Shown: piece after piece, positions 19,347-29,238 of the stretch
Layout: each line of letters opens with the position of its first letter
Position numbering within the stretch: position 1 is the first letter of the stretch
Origin: a bacterium
GTDB lineage: Bacteria; RBG-13-61-14; DATKZS01
Direction of reading: 5' to 3'
Assembly: GCA_963674965.2 (NCBI GenBank)
Contig: CAXXFL010000006.1
Span: 1,088,001 to 1,152,000, forward strand
DNA length: 64,000 bases
The notes under the pieces: generated by a model
Seen by the model: the letters and a program-made list of their open reading frames with translations, nothing else
What the model was told of the DNA's origin: nothing
Database searches by the model: none
Translations under genes and position numbers: made by a program

Positions 19347-19350
19347 AACG

Positions 19351-21255
19351 TCACTCCCACTTGGTGGTCTTGTCGACCCTGTCCAGGTAGCCCTTCTGTT
19401 TCAACTCGAACTCGAGCGACATGGCCTTCAGCTTGGGATCGATCACCTTGTACATAAGCCAGATAGCAACAAGGCCGAACACCAGGGCTACGAAGCCCCA
19501 CCATTTAAGCAGCAACGCGCCCGCCAAGCCCACGGCGACAAGGATATAGGACAAGGCCGAGAAGACCGAGGCCGCCACGTCGTGTATGGTCCACTCATCG
19601 GACTCCTCGGGGGTCCAGTCCTGGGCGAAGAGCGACTTGGCATGGGCGCTTTTCGCCTCGGTAATAAGGCCGCGCTTAATGGCCTCGGCCCGAACCGGGC
19701 CCCAGAAGCCGACCGGACGCGCCTGGACATAGTATTGGACAAGGTGCTCCATGTCGTCGGGTTTGGTCAGGAACATGACCGGGATATAGACCAGGCCGAC
19801 CAGCACGGCCAAAAGCCAGAAGCTGGCCCAGTCGGGAAGCTGGGGAAGCACCCCCAGGGCCGGAAGCACGAAGACCACCAGCCAACTCATGAGAAGGTTG
19901 GCTATCCAACTGGACAGGTATCCCCAGGAGTTGAACCTCCACCAGATCACCTGGAGGATGGAGGGTATCCAGATGCCCGCCGCCTGGAGCCACAGGGCAA
20001 AGATAAGCCAGGCGGTTATATTCTCCATGGAAAGCCCGAGTATGAAGCTGCCAATAAGAAGGATAAACGTGTTAACCCGTCCGGCCCATACCAGATTATT
20101 TTCACTCGCCTTTGGGTTGATGTAGTGGTGATAAAGGTCGCGCGTGGCGTAAAGGGCGCCCAGGTTCAAATGGGTGGATATGGTCGATAAATGGATCGCG
20201 ATTATGGCCGCGAAGAACATGCCGATCAGGCCCACCGGCATGTACTCGAAGCCCATCTTGAACCAGCCGAACTCGTAGACGGCCCCTTCCTTGATATTAG
20301 GGAACATGACGAAGAAGGCCAGGATGGACACGGCCCAAAAAGAGTTCCTGAAGATGGCGGCCAGACCGCCGGCCCAGATGGAATAAGAGGCGTCGCGCAC
20401 GGTCCTGTTACTCTGTATGCGCTGGGCCTCGGGATACCAGTCGATGAAGTTGCCCATGCCGATGCCGCCGAACAGGGCCATGATCATAAGGGTGATGATG
20501 TCCAGGGCGTAGAACTTGCCCGACTCGAGACCGGCAAAGCCGTCGAAATGGAAGGGGTTGGTGCGCCAAGCCTGGCCCAGTTCGGCCAGCTTGTCCACGA
20601 TGGCCAGGGGCCCGCCCGCCTCGGCTATGCCCCATAGTGAGACGAGGGTGATGATGATAAAGCTGATCACTCCCTGCTGGAAGTCGGCCATGATCACGCC
20701 CCAGTACCCGGCGGTAAGAACGTAAATGGCGCAGATCGAGGTGAAGAGGGTGATACCGATGTATGGTTCCCATCCGAACAGGTAAGTGCAGACCTTGCCC
20801 ATGGCGGCGGACACCCAGGCCAGGACGAACATGTTCATGAACGTCTGCCACCCGGCCAGCCAGCCGCGTAAAAGCTCGGCCCCCAGGCCGGAGTAGCGAA
20901 GGTTCTGCCACTCGGCCTGGCTCATGGCCAACGAGCGCCGGAATATGCGCGTCGAGACAAAGGCGCTTACCGCGCACCAGGCGCTGAAAAAGGGATACCA
21001 TATGCCCCGCATGCCCCATTTGTAAATGGTGCCCGTGATCCACATGGGCGTGTCCGTGGCGGTGTGGGTGGCGTAGACCGAGGTGGCCGGCAACCACCAT
21101 GGCAGTCCTCTTCCGGCCAGGAAGAAGTCCGACTCGCTCCTTTTTCCCAGCCGATAAAAAATCACGCCGCAAACGATCATGAGCAGGATGAACAAGATAG
21201 TCCACGTCCAGTCCAGCGTCGTGAGTTTCACGGCAAGTTGAAGTTCTTCTCCCAT
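19351..21255 (-). CDS. Sodium:solute symporter (SSS) family protein
   Basis: DFFLAGRGLPWW, GVIMADFQQ, AQRI, RDLY motifs; about 13 TM helices plus a C-terminal extension. Confidence 0.9.
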   Translation of the reverse strand: MGEELQLAVKLTTLDWTWTILFILLMIVCGVIFYRLGKRSESDFFLAGRGLPWWLPATSVYATHTATDTPMWITGTIYKWGMRGIWYPFFSAWCAVSAFVSTRIFRRSLAMSQAEWQNLRYSGLGAELLRGWLAGWQTFMNMFVLAWVSAAMGKVCTYLFGWEPYIGITLFTSICAIYVLTAGYWGVIMADFQQGVISFIIITLVSLWGIAEAGGPLAIVDKLAELGQAWRTNPFHFDGFAGLESGKFYALDIITLMIMALFGGIGMGNFIDWYPEAQRIQSNRTVRDASYSIWAGGLAAIFRNSFWAVSILAFFVMFPNIKEGAVYEFGWFKMGFEYMPVGLIGMFFAAIIAIHLSTISTHLNLGALYATRDLYHHYINPKASENNLVWAGRVNTFILLIGSFILGLSMENITAWLIFALWLQAAGIWIPSILQVIWWRFNSWGYLSSWIANLLMSWLVVFVLPALGVLPQLPDWASFWLLAVLVGLVYIPVMFLTKPDDMEHLVQYYVQARPVGFWGPVRAEAIKRGLITEAKSAHAKSLFAQDWTPEESDEWTIHDVAASVFSALSYILVAVGLAGALLLKWWGFVALVFGLVAIWLMYKVIDPKLKAMSLEFELKQKGYLDRVDKTTKWE

Positions 21256-21295
21256 ACAGGACCTCCTTGAAAATGTCGGCTCGTAAACGGCTTAA

Positions 21296-21324
21296 ATCAT
21301 ATCCCCGCCCCCTCGGGGTGTCAA
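21296..21324 (-). promoter_or_regulatory. Sigma70 promoter for the SSS operon
   Basis: TTGACA-17 nt-TATGAT on the minus strand. Confidence 0.7.
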
Positions 21325-21545
21325 GATATAAAGCGCGTGGATGGCCGATTTATTGGCGGAGCGTCGAAGGCTTGGCCTGAGTCCTACTCCGGATGGACCT
21401 TTTAGTTCAGCCCCGTTGGGCCGACATTCATAGCCCAAGGTGGAGGCATTAGCCCGCTCCCCGCGGCCGCCCACATAACGGATGAGCTATGTGTTACTTG
21501 TTGGCCCGTGCCTTATAACAAAATGCATGGGTGGCGCATCCGTGG

Positions 21546-21683
21546 GCCGAGTGCTGCAATTTTCCAGAAGAAGCGCGGTTTTTTTAAGCTTCTCCATATG
21601 AAAAGGTCGTTCCAACGCGATTGGCGTCAGAAGAGTTCAGCCTTCGGCTTCGCCGCCCACGCGATATTGAAGACAATATTGCG
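21546..21683. repeat. Contiguous copy of dispersed element Y with terminal hairpin cgcgatattg-aaga-caatattgcg
   Basis: Matches 11489-11590 and 12672-12710 consecutively. Confidence 0.65.
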
Positions 21684-21865
21684 GCCACGGCGCTTGAGAC
21701 GGCGTTTTAAGCGGTCGGATTAACAAGCCTCCCGTTTATTTCAACAATTTATTCCTTTTGACGAAAAAATCCTATTATTTGCGTCTATTATTCATGACGC
21801 CCAAAAGGAAGCGGAAAGAGTATACCAGAGCGCCAAAGGTTTTCACAAGCCGGCGCGGTTCCGCG

Positions 21866-21987
21866 CTTTGGAGTGCGGCGGCTCGACGCCGCTTTTCTTC
21901 CGAGCGGCTTGACGCGAGGCTCACGAGTTTGGCGGCCTTGTCAAGCCAAGGCCGGTGAAAGCGGTCTCGAGCGGCCGCGCTCCAAAG
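21866..21987. repeat. REP-like inverted doublet (second family)
   Basis: ctttggagtgcggcggctcgacgccgcttt ... aaagcggtctcgagcggccgcgctccaaag imperfect inverted repeat. Confidence 0.7.
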
Positions 21988-22113
21988 GGGCGCAAGATGT
22001 ATTTAATATTTGCCCAGTTAAGCCCAAGTATGATATTATTTTTTTGACACGGGTAAATTTCAGGGCCCTGGCCGCTCGGGCGGCCTTCCAACTCGGCAAA
22101 GGAGAAAGCGATC

Positions 22114-23226
22114 ATGAGGAAAGGGATTTTGGCGGTCCTTAGCGTTTTGGCCGCGGCCGCTCTTTTTATCCTCGCGTCCTGCGAGGAAGGGGACTTCGAC
22201 GACCCCATGAAGGCCGTGCAAAGGTACTTCGAACAACTGGTCCGCAACGGCGATCGAAACGTGGACCCCACTAAACCCCTGGCCTACGACGTGGGCGAGA
22301 GGGTCCTCCAGGACGGCGTCAACGATACGACGGTGAAACTCATTTACGCGGCCTCGGGAGACGAGGTCTCGGGCGCGGTCCTGCCCAGCGCTCCCGTTTA
22401 TTGCCAACAGGGCAACGCGGCCTCCGGCATATGCGCCACGGCCGTGGCCTTCTATCCCGGCGGGCAAAGCGAGGAAAACGCCTGTTCCCTCTTCGGCGAC
22501 ACTCTCTATTACCTGGTGATCGACGGCCTGACCATATTCGGCGGCGACCCCCTCGACTCGATAACCGTCGAGTTCTTTACGGCCGAGGTGGATGAAGGCT
22601 CCTCCGTGACCTACTGCGGCTCGGGACCGCTCTACGCCTGGTGGACCATCGACGACCTGGACGCCGACGACGGCATGACCCTGGGCATTGGAGGAGACTC
22701 GCCATGGAGCATCACTTCTTACGGTATCCAGGCCTATCCGGATAATGGTTACTATGGGTACAATGCGTTTATGTCATCTATGCCTGGAGTATTAGACCTT
22801 CAAATAAGTGCATGGCCACCAGGTGGGAGTTTCTACCAATATCAGGCTACTCCTTATCTTCCGCCTTATACTCCTATGGTGCGCATTCGAAACTCAGACG
22901 GTTCTATGCATACAATACCGGCTGGGGCTTCAATTGTTATGACAAGTTCTATTGGCGCCACGGTAAATGTTACTTTGCCAGCGGGAGATACTGTGCCGGC
23001 AGGAGAATCTCTATTACTATACGTAGGAAACGATGGTTCTTCATATTATGCAGTAGACGGGAATACCACTGGTGGTGATTATTCCGTTGACTCAACGACA
23101 CTTGATAATTGTCAAGATCCATGCACTGCTTTTGGATTTCCACCACCTTGTCCAGACCCATCTGTAGGATGCCCGATGCTTTCTCCTCCGGACGCCTTTG
23201 CCAACCCGGCGGCGGCGACGCCTTAA
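22114..23226 (+). CDS. Secreted lipoprotein, Ig-like N-terminal region and low-GC Cys/Pro-rich C-terminal segment
   Basis: Lipobox LASC; codon usage shifts at ~22700-23170. Confidence 0.7.
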   Translation: MRKGILAVLSVLAAAALFILASCEEGDFDDPMKAVQRYFEQLVRNGDRNVDPTKPLAYDVGERVLQDGVNDTTVKLIYAASGDEVSGAVLPSAPVYCQQGNAASGICATAVAFYPGGQSEENACSLFGDTLYYLVIDGLTIFGGDPLDSITVEFFTAEVDEGSSVTYCGSGPLYAWWTIDDLDADDGMTLGIGGDSPWSITSYGIQAYPDNGYYGYNAFMSSMPGVLDLQISAWPPGGSFYQYQATPYLPPYTPMVRIRNSDGSMHTIPAGASIVMTSSIGATVNVTLPAGDTVPAGESLLLYVGNDGSSYYAVDGNTTGGDYSVDSTTLDNCQDPCTAFGFPPPCPDPSVGCPMLSPPDAFANPAAATP

Positions 23227-23291
23227 GCCGGAAGCTCTGGAGCCTTAGGATGAAACATTTTACCGAAACCTTGGAAACGGGAGTACGAAAC

Positions 23292-24626
23292 ATGCTTAAG
23301 AGATTGGTTTTACCGGTAATATTGGTGGCCCTTTTCTATTGCCACGCGGCGGGGGCCCAGGTCATTTACCAGCGCGTGCCCTTTGCATCCCCTCCCAACC
23401 CGGTGGGCTCGGGCGGACGCGCCGTGGGGTGGGGCAGCGCCTTTATCGCCGTGGCCGACGACGCCACGGCCGCGAGCTGGAACCCGGCTGGTCTCATCCA
23501 GCTTGTGACTCCCGAGGCGTCGGTGGTCACCTCCTATCACTCCCGCAGCGAGGACTTGTCCTTCGAGGGGCAGTTCAACGTCGACTCCGAGAGCGCCTCC
23601 CTGTCGCGGGTCAACATCAACTACGCCTCCGTGGTCTATCCTTTCAGCGTGGGCGGCATGAACATGGTGACCAGCCTCAACTACCAGAGGCTCTTCGAGT
23701 TCGACCGCGACCTCGACTTCACCGTCTCCGGCGTGCAGGGGGGCAACCAGTTCATCTCGAGCCGCGACTTCCAGCAGAAGGGCGCCATGACCACCCTGAC
23801 CCCGGCCTACGCCATCCAGATCACCCCCCAGTGGTCCATGGGCCTCTCGGTCAACGTGTGGGGCCTCGAGGACGGGGCTGACGGCTGGCAGCAGCAGCTC
23901 CAGGCCGTGGACGTGGTGGACCCGGGGTATCCTTTCCTCTCCAGGTCCCTGGCCGAGGCGGACGAGAAATACGAGATCAGCGGGTATAACTTCGTGGTCG
24001 GAACTCACGTTAAGATACAGAACTTCACCATCGGCGCGGTCTACAAGTCGTCCTGGGACGGCGACGTGAACTTCACCCGCACCGACGTCAGCTCGGTATA
24101 CTTTCCCGACAACCCGGCCGGCAACCAGTATCCCAACATAGCGGTCTACCAGGAGGACCAGACCATCACCTGGCCCGCGTCGTTCGGCGTGGGCGTGGCC
24201 TACCGTTACTCTGACCGCCTGTCCTTAGCTCTCGACGCCTACATGACCCAGTGGAGCGACTACGTGCTCGAGACGGAGGACGGCGAGAAACTGAACCTCC
24301 TGGCCGGCACGGCGAACCAGGACGCCGACGTTAGCGACACGGTCCAGGTAAGGGGCGGCGCCGAATACCTCTGGATCAGGCCCAAGTACGTCTTCGCCCT
24401 GCGCGGCGGGGCCTTCTACGACCCCGAGCCCATCGAGGACGAGATCAACGACTTTTACGGCGTGGCCCTGGGCGGCGGCGTGGTTTACCGGCAGTTCGTG
24501 GTGGACGCCGCGGTCCAGTACAAATGGGCCAGCGACGCCAAGGGCGAGCAGTTCGAGGGCTACCGGGCCAACACCCAGGTGGGCGACATGTTCGCCATCC
24601 TGAGCCTCATTTATCATATCGAGTAG
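23292..24626 (+). CDS. OmpP1/FadL-family outer-membrane transporter
   Basis: GSGGRAVGWGSAFIAVADDATAASWNPAGL motif, amphipathic beta strands, LRGGAFYDP. Confidence 0.85.
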   Translation: MLKRLVLPVILVALFYCHAAGAQVIYQRVPFASPPNPVGSGGRAVGWGSAFIAVADDATAASWNPAGLIQLVTPEASVVTSYHSRSEDLSFEGQFNVDSESASLSRVNINYASVVYPFSVGGMNMVTSLNYQRLFEFDRDLDFTVSGVQGGNQFISSRDFQQKGAMTTLTPAYAIQITPQWSMGLSVNVWGLEDGADGWQQQLQAVDVVDPGYPFLSRSLAEADEKYEISGYNFVVGTHVKIQNFTIGAVYKSSWDGDVNFTRTDVSSVYFPDNPAGNQYPNIAVYQEDQTITWPASFGVGVAYRYSDRLSLALDAYMTQWSDYVLETEDGEKLNLLAGTANQDADVSDTVQVRGGAEYLWIRPKYVFALRGGAFYDPEPIEDEINDFYGVALGGGVVYRQFVVDAAVQYKWASDAKGEQFEGYRANTQVGDMFAILSLIYHIE

Positions 24627-24672
24627 GCCGGTCCCGGTGTCGCCCATCTATGTCCCCGAAGGGGACGGATTC

Positions 24673-24833
24673 GGGTCGCCCACGCATTTTTGCGTGGGTG
24701 AGCGAAGCGAACGGGCTATTAGGTTCGTAACCGAGGGCGTTTGGCGGCTTTCGAACGAAGAGCAAGAAGGCCCGGCGAGGGTAGGCATTCAGCCTGCGGC
24801 TTACGCCGCCCATGCATGATGCATGGGCGACCC
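24673..24833. repeat. REPIN-like doublet, family R, copy 1 (161 bp)
   Basis: gggtcgcccacgcatttttgcgtgggtg ... cgcccatgcatgatgcatgggcgaccc terminal inverted hairpins. Confidence 0.85.
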
Positions 24834-24875
24834 TGACTTGCAGGTCTCATGGAACTACCAGCCGCTTAAGCGCCG

Positions 24876-25036
24876 GGGCCGCCCACGCATTTTTGCGTGG
24901 GTGAGCGAAGCGAACGGGCTATTAGGTTCGGCACCGAGAACGTTTGGCGGCTTTCGAACGGTAGGAAAGGTGATCGGACGGCGGGAAGGATTAAACCCGC
25001 GGCTTACGCCGCCCATGCATGATGCATGGGCGACCC
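24876..25036. repeat. REPIN-like doublet, family R, copy 2 (161 bp, tandem with copy 1)
   Basis: Same ends and similar interior as 24673-24833. Confidence 0.85.
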
Positions 25037-25151
25037 CGGAGTACGGGTGACCGCCGTATACAGGCGCGTAAAATAGTTTTTCCGGGTCCGTTCACCGTCT
25101 CATCTTGCGCCCGCTTCTTAATAGGTGAACGGGCCCTTTTCGTCTCTTTTT

Positions 25152-25502
25152 CTATTCGGTTTCCAGGTCGCGGAAGAAGCAGGAGCGCTTTCCCGTGTGG
25201 CAGGCCACTCCCACCTGGTCGATGCCCATGAGGAGCGTGTCGGCGTCGCAGTCGTACTTGATCCATTTAAGGCGCTGGATATGGCCGGAGGTGCCGCCTT
25301 TTTTCCACAGCTCTTGGCGCGACCGGCTCCAGTAGTGGCAAATCCTGGTCTCGAGGGTAAGGGCCAGGGACTCGGCGTTCATGTAGGCCATCATCAGGAC
25401 TTCCATGTTCTCGGCGTCCTGGGCGATGGCCGGGACCAGGCCCCGGTCGTCGAACTTGACCTTGTCAACTATTTCCTTGTACTTCTTGGCCGGATCGCTC
25501 AT
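25152..25502 (-). CDS. hisI: Phosphoribosyl-AMP cyclohydrolase
   Basis: [50 protein letters not shown]. Confidence 0.95.
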   Translation of the reverse strand: MSDPAKKYKEIVDKVKFDDRGLVPAIAQDAENMEVLMMAYMNAESLALTLETRICHYWSRSRQELWKKGGTSGHIQRLKWIKYDCDADTLLMGIDQVGVACHTGKRSCFFRDLETE

Positions 25503-25606
25503 CTTGAACCCCTTTCAAACGACTCCGGCCCCGCCGTGAGGGCCAGGGCCGCGTTCGAGATTATGTATTTATCTTGGCCTAAAAAGCCGGGGGTATCAAA
25601 TCCGGG

Positions 25607-27328
25607 TTATTTCTTGCTCCCGAAAATCTTGGACCACACGCCTTTTTGCTTGCGGTCCTGGTTCATGAACGAAAGTTCCCGCTTGGCCGACTGGTTGTCC
25701 GGATTGACGTCGATCGCGAGACGGAATCGCTCCTCCGCCTCCTTCACGTCCCCCTCCCGCTTGGCGATAACGCCCAGGTAGTAATGGGCGCGGTCCAACT
25801 CCGGATCGATCTTGACCGCCGACTTGAGATATCCCTTGGCCTCGGCCGAGTCCTTTGCACCGGCCCGGAATATGGACCATCCCAGGTTCATGAAGAAACT
25901 CGGGTCCTCGGGATCGAGTTCGATGCAGACCTCGTAAAGCTCGCGGGCGTAAAGCGGGGCGTTGTGCCTCATGTACCAGCGGCCGCGCTCGGCGGTCTTG
26001 CGGGCCAGCATCTTTCCAATGGCCGCGTTATAGGCGTGGGGCCTCTCCTCCGCCACCAAGCCCCTCTCGTACTCGATCCTTTTCTCCGGCCGGGCCAGCA
26101 CGTCGTGGGCGAACTTGAGCTTGTCGTGAAGCTCCCTGGCAAGTTCTTTCGACTTTCCCTCCTGGTTGTCCATCTCGAGGGCGTTCCTCTTCTCGATGAA
26201 GGCGCGGTTGATCTCGTCCAGGTCGCTGGATATGGTCAGTCCCAAAAGCTCGAAGAGGTCGGAGGCCTCTCCGATCTCCTGGGCCATGCGCCGAAGCCTG
26301 GGCGCCACGCCGGGTCCCGGGTCCGTTTCGGCTTCCTTTTCCTCGGCGGGCGCGCCTCTATTTTCGCCGGGGTCCGCGTCCACCCTGTCCGAGTTCGGCT
26401 TGGTCATAACGTAGCCCGTTTCGACGTCGGGCTTGGGCCGTCTCAGGTCCTGGATATCCTCGTCTTCCTCCTTTTGCTTCTCTTGTTCGGGTCCGCCCTC
26501 TTTCCTGGTTTCCTCCATCTCCGGGGGCAGGGAGGCGTCCGCGTCCAAACAGGGCACCTCGTCGAAGACCTCGTCCTCCGATATCTCGGGCATGAACACT
26601 AAAAGCCGCGTCACCAGTAAAAGATACATCAGGTTGATGGCCTGGTTTATGTCCCCGAGATCGTTCTGCATGACCTGCATGGCCTGACCCACCCCGATCT
26701 CGCGATTGAACAGGTCCAGGACGTCGCTGTGCTTATAAAGGGGGTCGGGAAGAAGGAAGTAGTCACGAACGTCCTGGTTGATCTTCACCTTCCTTTGGTC
26801 CACGGCGAAAATCTCGTTGGCCAGGTCGTAAGAATGGAACCTGGCCATGCCCTCGTAGATGATCTCGAGCGGGTTCAGGTCGTACATGGGAAGGTCCAGG
26901 AAGACCTCCTCCCCGTCCGTGAAGGTATAGCGGCCGCTCCTGTAACCGCAGGCCTTGATGATTATCTCCTTGGCCGACTTGGCCCGGTAGTAATAAATCT
27001 GGGACTCCGTAACCTCGAGGATGTCCTGCAGGCACTGGACAACGTCGATCGACTTCTCCTTGGCCAGTTGCTTGACCTGGAGCACGTCCTCAACCGGCAG
27101 GCGGCTGTCCGCCACCATCACGTCAAGAACCGAGTGGCCCGGGCTGGTGGTCTCGGAATAAACGGGAATGCCGTTAAAGGCGAAAATCGAGGAGCGGATG
27201 CTGCCCGGATAAAGGTCCAGGCGGCCCGTCTTCCTGCTGGCGAAGAGGACCCCCAACAGCTTGATCATCGAGTGACTCGAAAGGTCGCCCTCATGCACTA
27301 TCTCTGAAGTTAAATCACAAAGGTTCAT
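25607..27328 (-). CDS. DUF4388-like + degenerate DnaJ + TPR domain protein
   Basis: RKTGRLDL N-terminal motif, acidic linker, LFELLG...AHDVLARPEKRIEYE J-like domain, C-terminal TPRs. Confidence 0.7.
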   Translation of the reverse strand: MNLCDLTSEIVHEGDLSSHSMIKLLGVLFASRKTGRLDLYPGSIRSSIFAFNGIPVYSETTSPGHSVLDVMVADSRLPVEDVLQVKQLAKEKSIDVVQCLQDILEVTESQIYYYRAKSAKEIIIKACGYRSGRYTFTDGEEVFLDLPMYDLNPLEIIYEGMARFHSYDLANEIFAVDQRKVKINQDVRDYFLLPDPLYKHSDVLDLFNREIGVGQAMQVMQNDLGDINQAINLMYLLLVTRLLVFMPEISEDEVFDEVPCLDADASLPPEMEETRKEGGPEQEKQKEEDEDIQDLRRPKPDVETGYVMTKPNSDRVDADPGENRGAPAEEKEAETDPGPGVAPRLRRMAQEIGEASDLFELLGLTISSDLDEINRAFIEKRNALEMDNQEGKSKELARELHDKLKFAHDVLARPEKRIEYERGLVAEERPHAYNAAIGKMLARKTAERGRWYMRHNAPLYARELYEVCIELDPEDPSFFMNLGWSIFRAGAKDSAEAKGYLKSAVKIDPELDRAHYYLGVIAKREGDVKEAEERFRLAIDVNPDNQSAKRELSFMNQDRKQKGVWSKIFGSKK

Positions 27329-27636
27329 GGATTTTTTCCGGTCCCCGAGTCGGCTAAACCCCGATCCGGCCCGCCGAGCGAAAGCTCCTTTTACAAAACC
27401 CTTCCTCTTCTCACGACTTAAAAGGTGATATTAATATAACGCCGTCAACTTGGCAAATTCCATGGTGAATGCCAATCACGGCCGAACCGCGGGCGCTCGG
27501 GTCGCTCCCCAAGTTTTTCCTATCCTCCCGTTGAAAAACCGATAATAATGGGTATTGACGATCATGGCAAACGGGCGTCTCACTTGCCATTCAAGCCGGA
27601 CGTTGCTATTTGCCAATGAGGGCGGGGCCTTTTTTC

Positions 27637-27665
27637 TTGACAAGGAAGCAAGGGCCGGATATATT
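27637..27665 (+). promoter_or_regulatory. Sigma70 promoter of the DAHP synthase leader
   Basis: TTGACA (27637-27642), 17-nt spacer, TATATT (27660-27665). Confidence 0.8.
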
Positions 27666-27671
27666 GGTAAT

Positions 27672-27773
27672 ATGATGATCGGAAACGATACGCGACCCGG
27701 ACGGCGATATTACGGCCGGCGATGGTATACCCGATTTACCTTTATCGGGTCCATCGGCGGGAGGGCTGTGTAA
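27672..27773 (+). CDS. Aromatic-amino-acid-rich attenuator leader peptide MMIGNDTRPGRRYYGRRWYTRFTFIGSIGGRAV
   Basis: Tyr13, Tyr14, Trp18, Tyr19, Phe22, Phe24 cluster; lies between promoter and terminator upstream of DAHP synthase. Confidence 0.75.
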   Translation: MMIGNDTRPGRRYYGRRWYTRFTFIGSIGGRAV

Positions 27774-27868
27774 ACTAGACCAACGAACGCCGGTGGACGA
27801 CAAGGAAAGGTCGCCGGCGAAAACATACTCGGGCCATGAAAACATGGCCGCCTCAACGAGGGGCTTAT

Positions 27869-27899
27869 AGCCGGCGCGGAAACGTGGCCGGCTTTTTTT
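27869..27899 (+). terminator. Attenuator terminator upstream of DAHP synthase
   Basis: agccggc-gcggaaacgtg-gccggct followed by a T run, ~150 nt before the start codon. Confidence 0.8.
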
Positions 27900-28050
27900 C
27901 GCCGGGAAAGAATTAAGGAGTAGAAAAATGGAGTCCCTCGGCGTGGTCCCTGGCAAAGCGTCTCCCGCGGTCCTTTCAGGGGCCGGAGAGCTTAAAATAT
28001 CGCTCGGCGAGAGCGGAGAAAAAATCAAGCTGGATTGGAGGAAAGGAAAA

Positions 28051-29085
28051 ATGATAGTGGTGATGAAGACCTCGATGACCAAGAACGAGCTGGACAACGT
28101 GACGGCGCGCATCAAGGAAATGGGCTACGCTCCCCACATCCTTCACGGGGTGGAGAGAAAGGTCATCGCCTGCATAGGCGACGAGAGGGGCAAGGCCCGT
28201 CTCCAGTCCCTCGAGACCATGCCGGGCGTGGACTCCGTGATGCCCATCTTGAAGCCCTACAAGCTGGCCAGCAAGGTGACCCATCCCAGAAAGAGCGCGG
28301 TCAAGGTCAAGGTCGCGGGCTCGAGAAGCTCGGTGACGGTGGGGGGCAAGAAGTTCGCCGTCATCGCCGGTCCCTGCTCGATCGAGAGCGAGGAGCAGCT
28401 TATAAGCACGGCCAGGGCCGTGAAGAAGGCGGGCGCCTGCATGATCCGGGGCGGGGCCTACAAGCCGAGGACCTCTCCCTACAGCTTCCAGGGCATGGAG
28501 GAGGACGGGCTCAAGCTCCTGGCCCTGGCCCGCGAGGAAACGGGACTGCCCGTGGTCACCGAGGTCATGAACCCCGGCGACGTGCTGTTAGTCGCCAAGT
28601 ACGCCGACGTCCTCCAGATCGGCGCCCGCAACGTGCAGAACTTCTCCCTTTTAAAGGCGGTGGGAAAGCTGGATAAGCCCATCTTCTTAAAGCGCGGCAT
28701 GATGACCACCATCGAGGAATTCCTCATGAGCGCCGAGTACATCATGAGCGAGGGCAACCAGAACGTCATGCTCTGCGAGCGGGGCATCCGGACCTTCGAG
28801 AAGGCCACTCGGAACACCCTCGACCTCTCGGCCGTGCCCGTGCTCCAGCGCGAGACCCACCTGCCCGTGGTGGTCGACCCCAGCCACGCCACCGGCCACT
28901 GGGAACTGGTCGAGCCCATGAGCCGGGCCGCCGCGGCCGCCGGCTGCGACGGCCTCATGGTCGAGGTCCACCCCACCCCCGAGAAGGCCTGGTCCGACGG
29001 CGGCCAGTCCCTCAAGTTCGACACCTTCGCCAAGATGATGAAAAACCTGGAGCCCTTCGTTAAGGCCATGAAGAGAACGATGTAA
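28051..29085 (+). CDS. aroF: 3-deoxy-7-phosphoheptulonate (DAHP) synthase, type I-beta with N-terminal ACT-like domain
   Basis: MIVVMK N-terminus, [47 protein letters not shown]. Confidence 0.95.
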   Translation: MIVVMKTSMTKNELDNVTARIKEMGYAPHILHGVERKVIACIGDERGKARLQSLETMPGVDSVMPILKPYKLASKVTHPRKSAVKVKVAGSRSSVTVGGKKFAVIAGPCSIESEEQLISTARAVKKAGACMIRGGAYKPRTSPYSFQGMEEDGLKLLALAREETGLPVVTEVMNPGDVLLVAKYADVLQIGARNVQNFSLLKAVGKLDKPIFLKRGMMTTIEEFLMSAEYIMSEGNQNVMLCERGIRTFEKATRNTLDLSAVPVLQRETHLPVVVDPSHATGHWELVEPMSRAAAAAGCDGLMVEVHPTPEKAWSDGGQSLKFDTFAKMMKNLEPFVKAMKRTM

Positions 29086-29238
29086 GGAGGGGGACGTCCA
29101 GCGGGAGAGCGCAAGATTTTTTCATGAGGCGCGCGCGGGTGGCGCGGATCGCCTATCCGCGCGGCGAAAGCCGTTGGATTTTTATACGCGCCAGGCGGCC
29201 ACCGCCTCTTCCCGCGCCTTGGGCGCCAGGTAGCAAAG

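Noticed and set aside
24673-25036. Tandem palindromic repeats as a CRISPR array
   Set aside because: Units are ~200 bp, the interiors are homologous rather than unique spacers, copies are dispersed, and there are no cas genes
27774-27900. T-box riboswitch upstream of DAHP synthase
   Set aside because: No GGTGG-ACC T-box bulge or stem I motifs; the leader-peptide model explains the helices
27928-28050. 41-aa N-terminal extension of DAHP synthase
   Set aside because: Family proteins begin at MIVVMK, and GGAGG/AGGA RBS-like sequence precedes 28051
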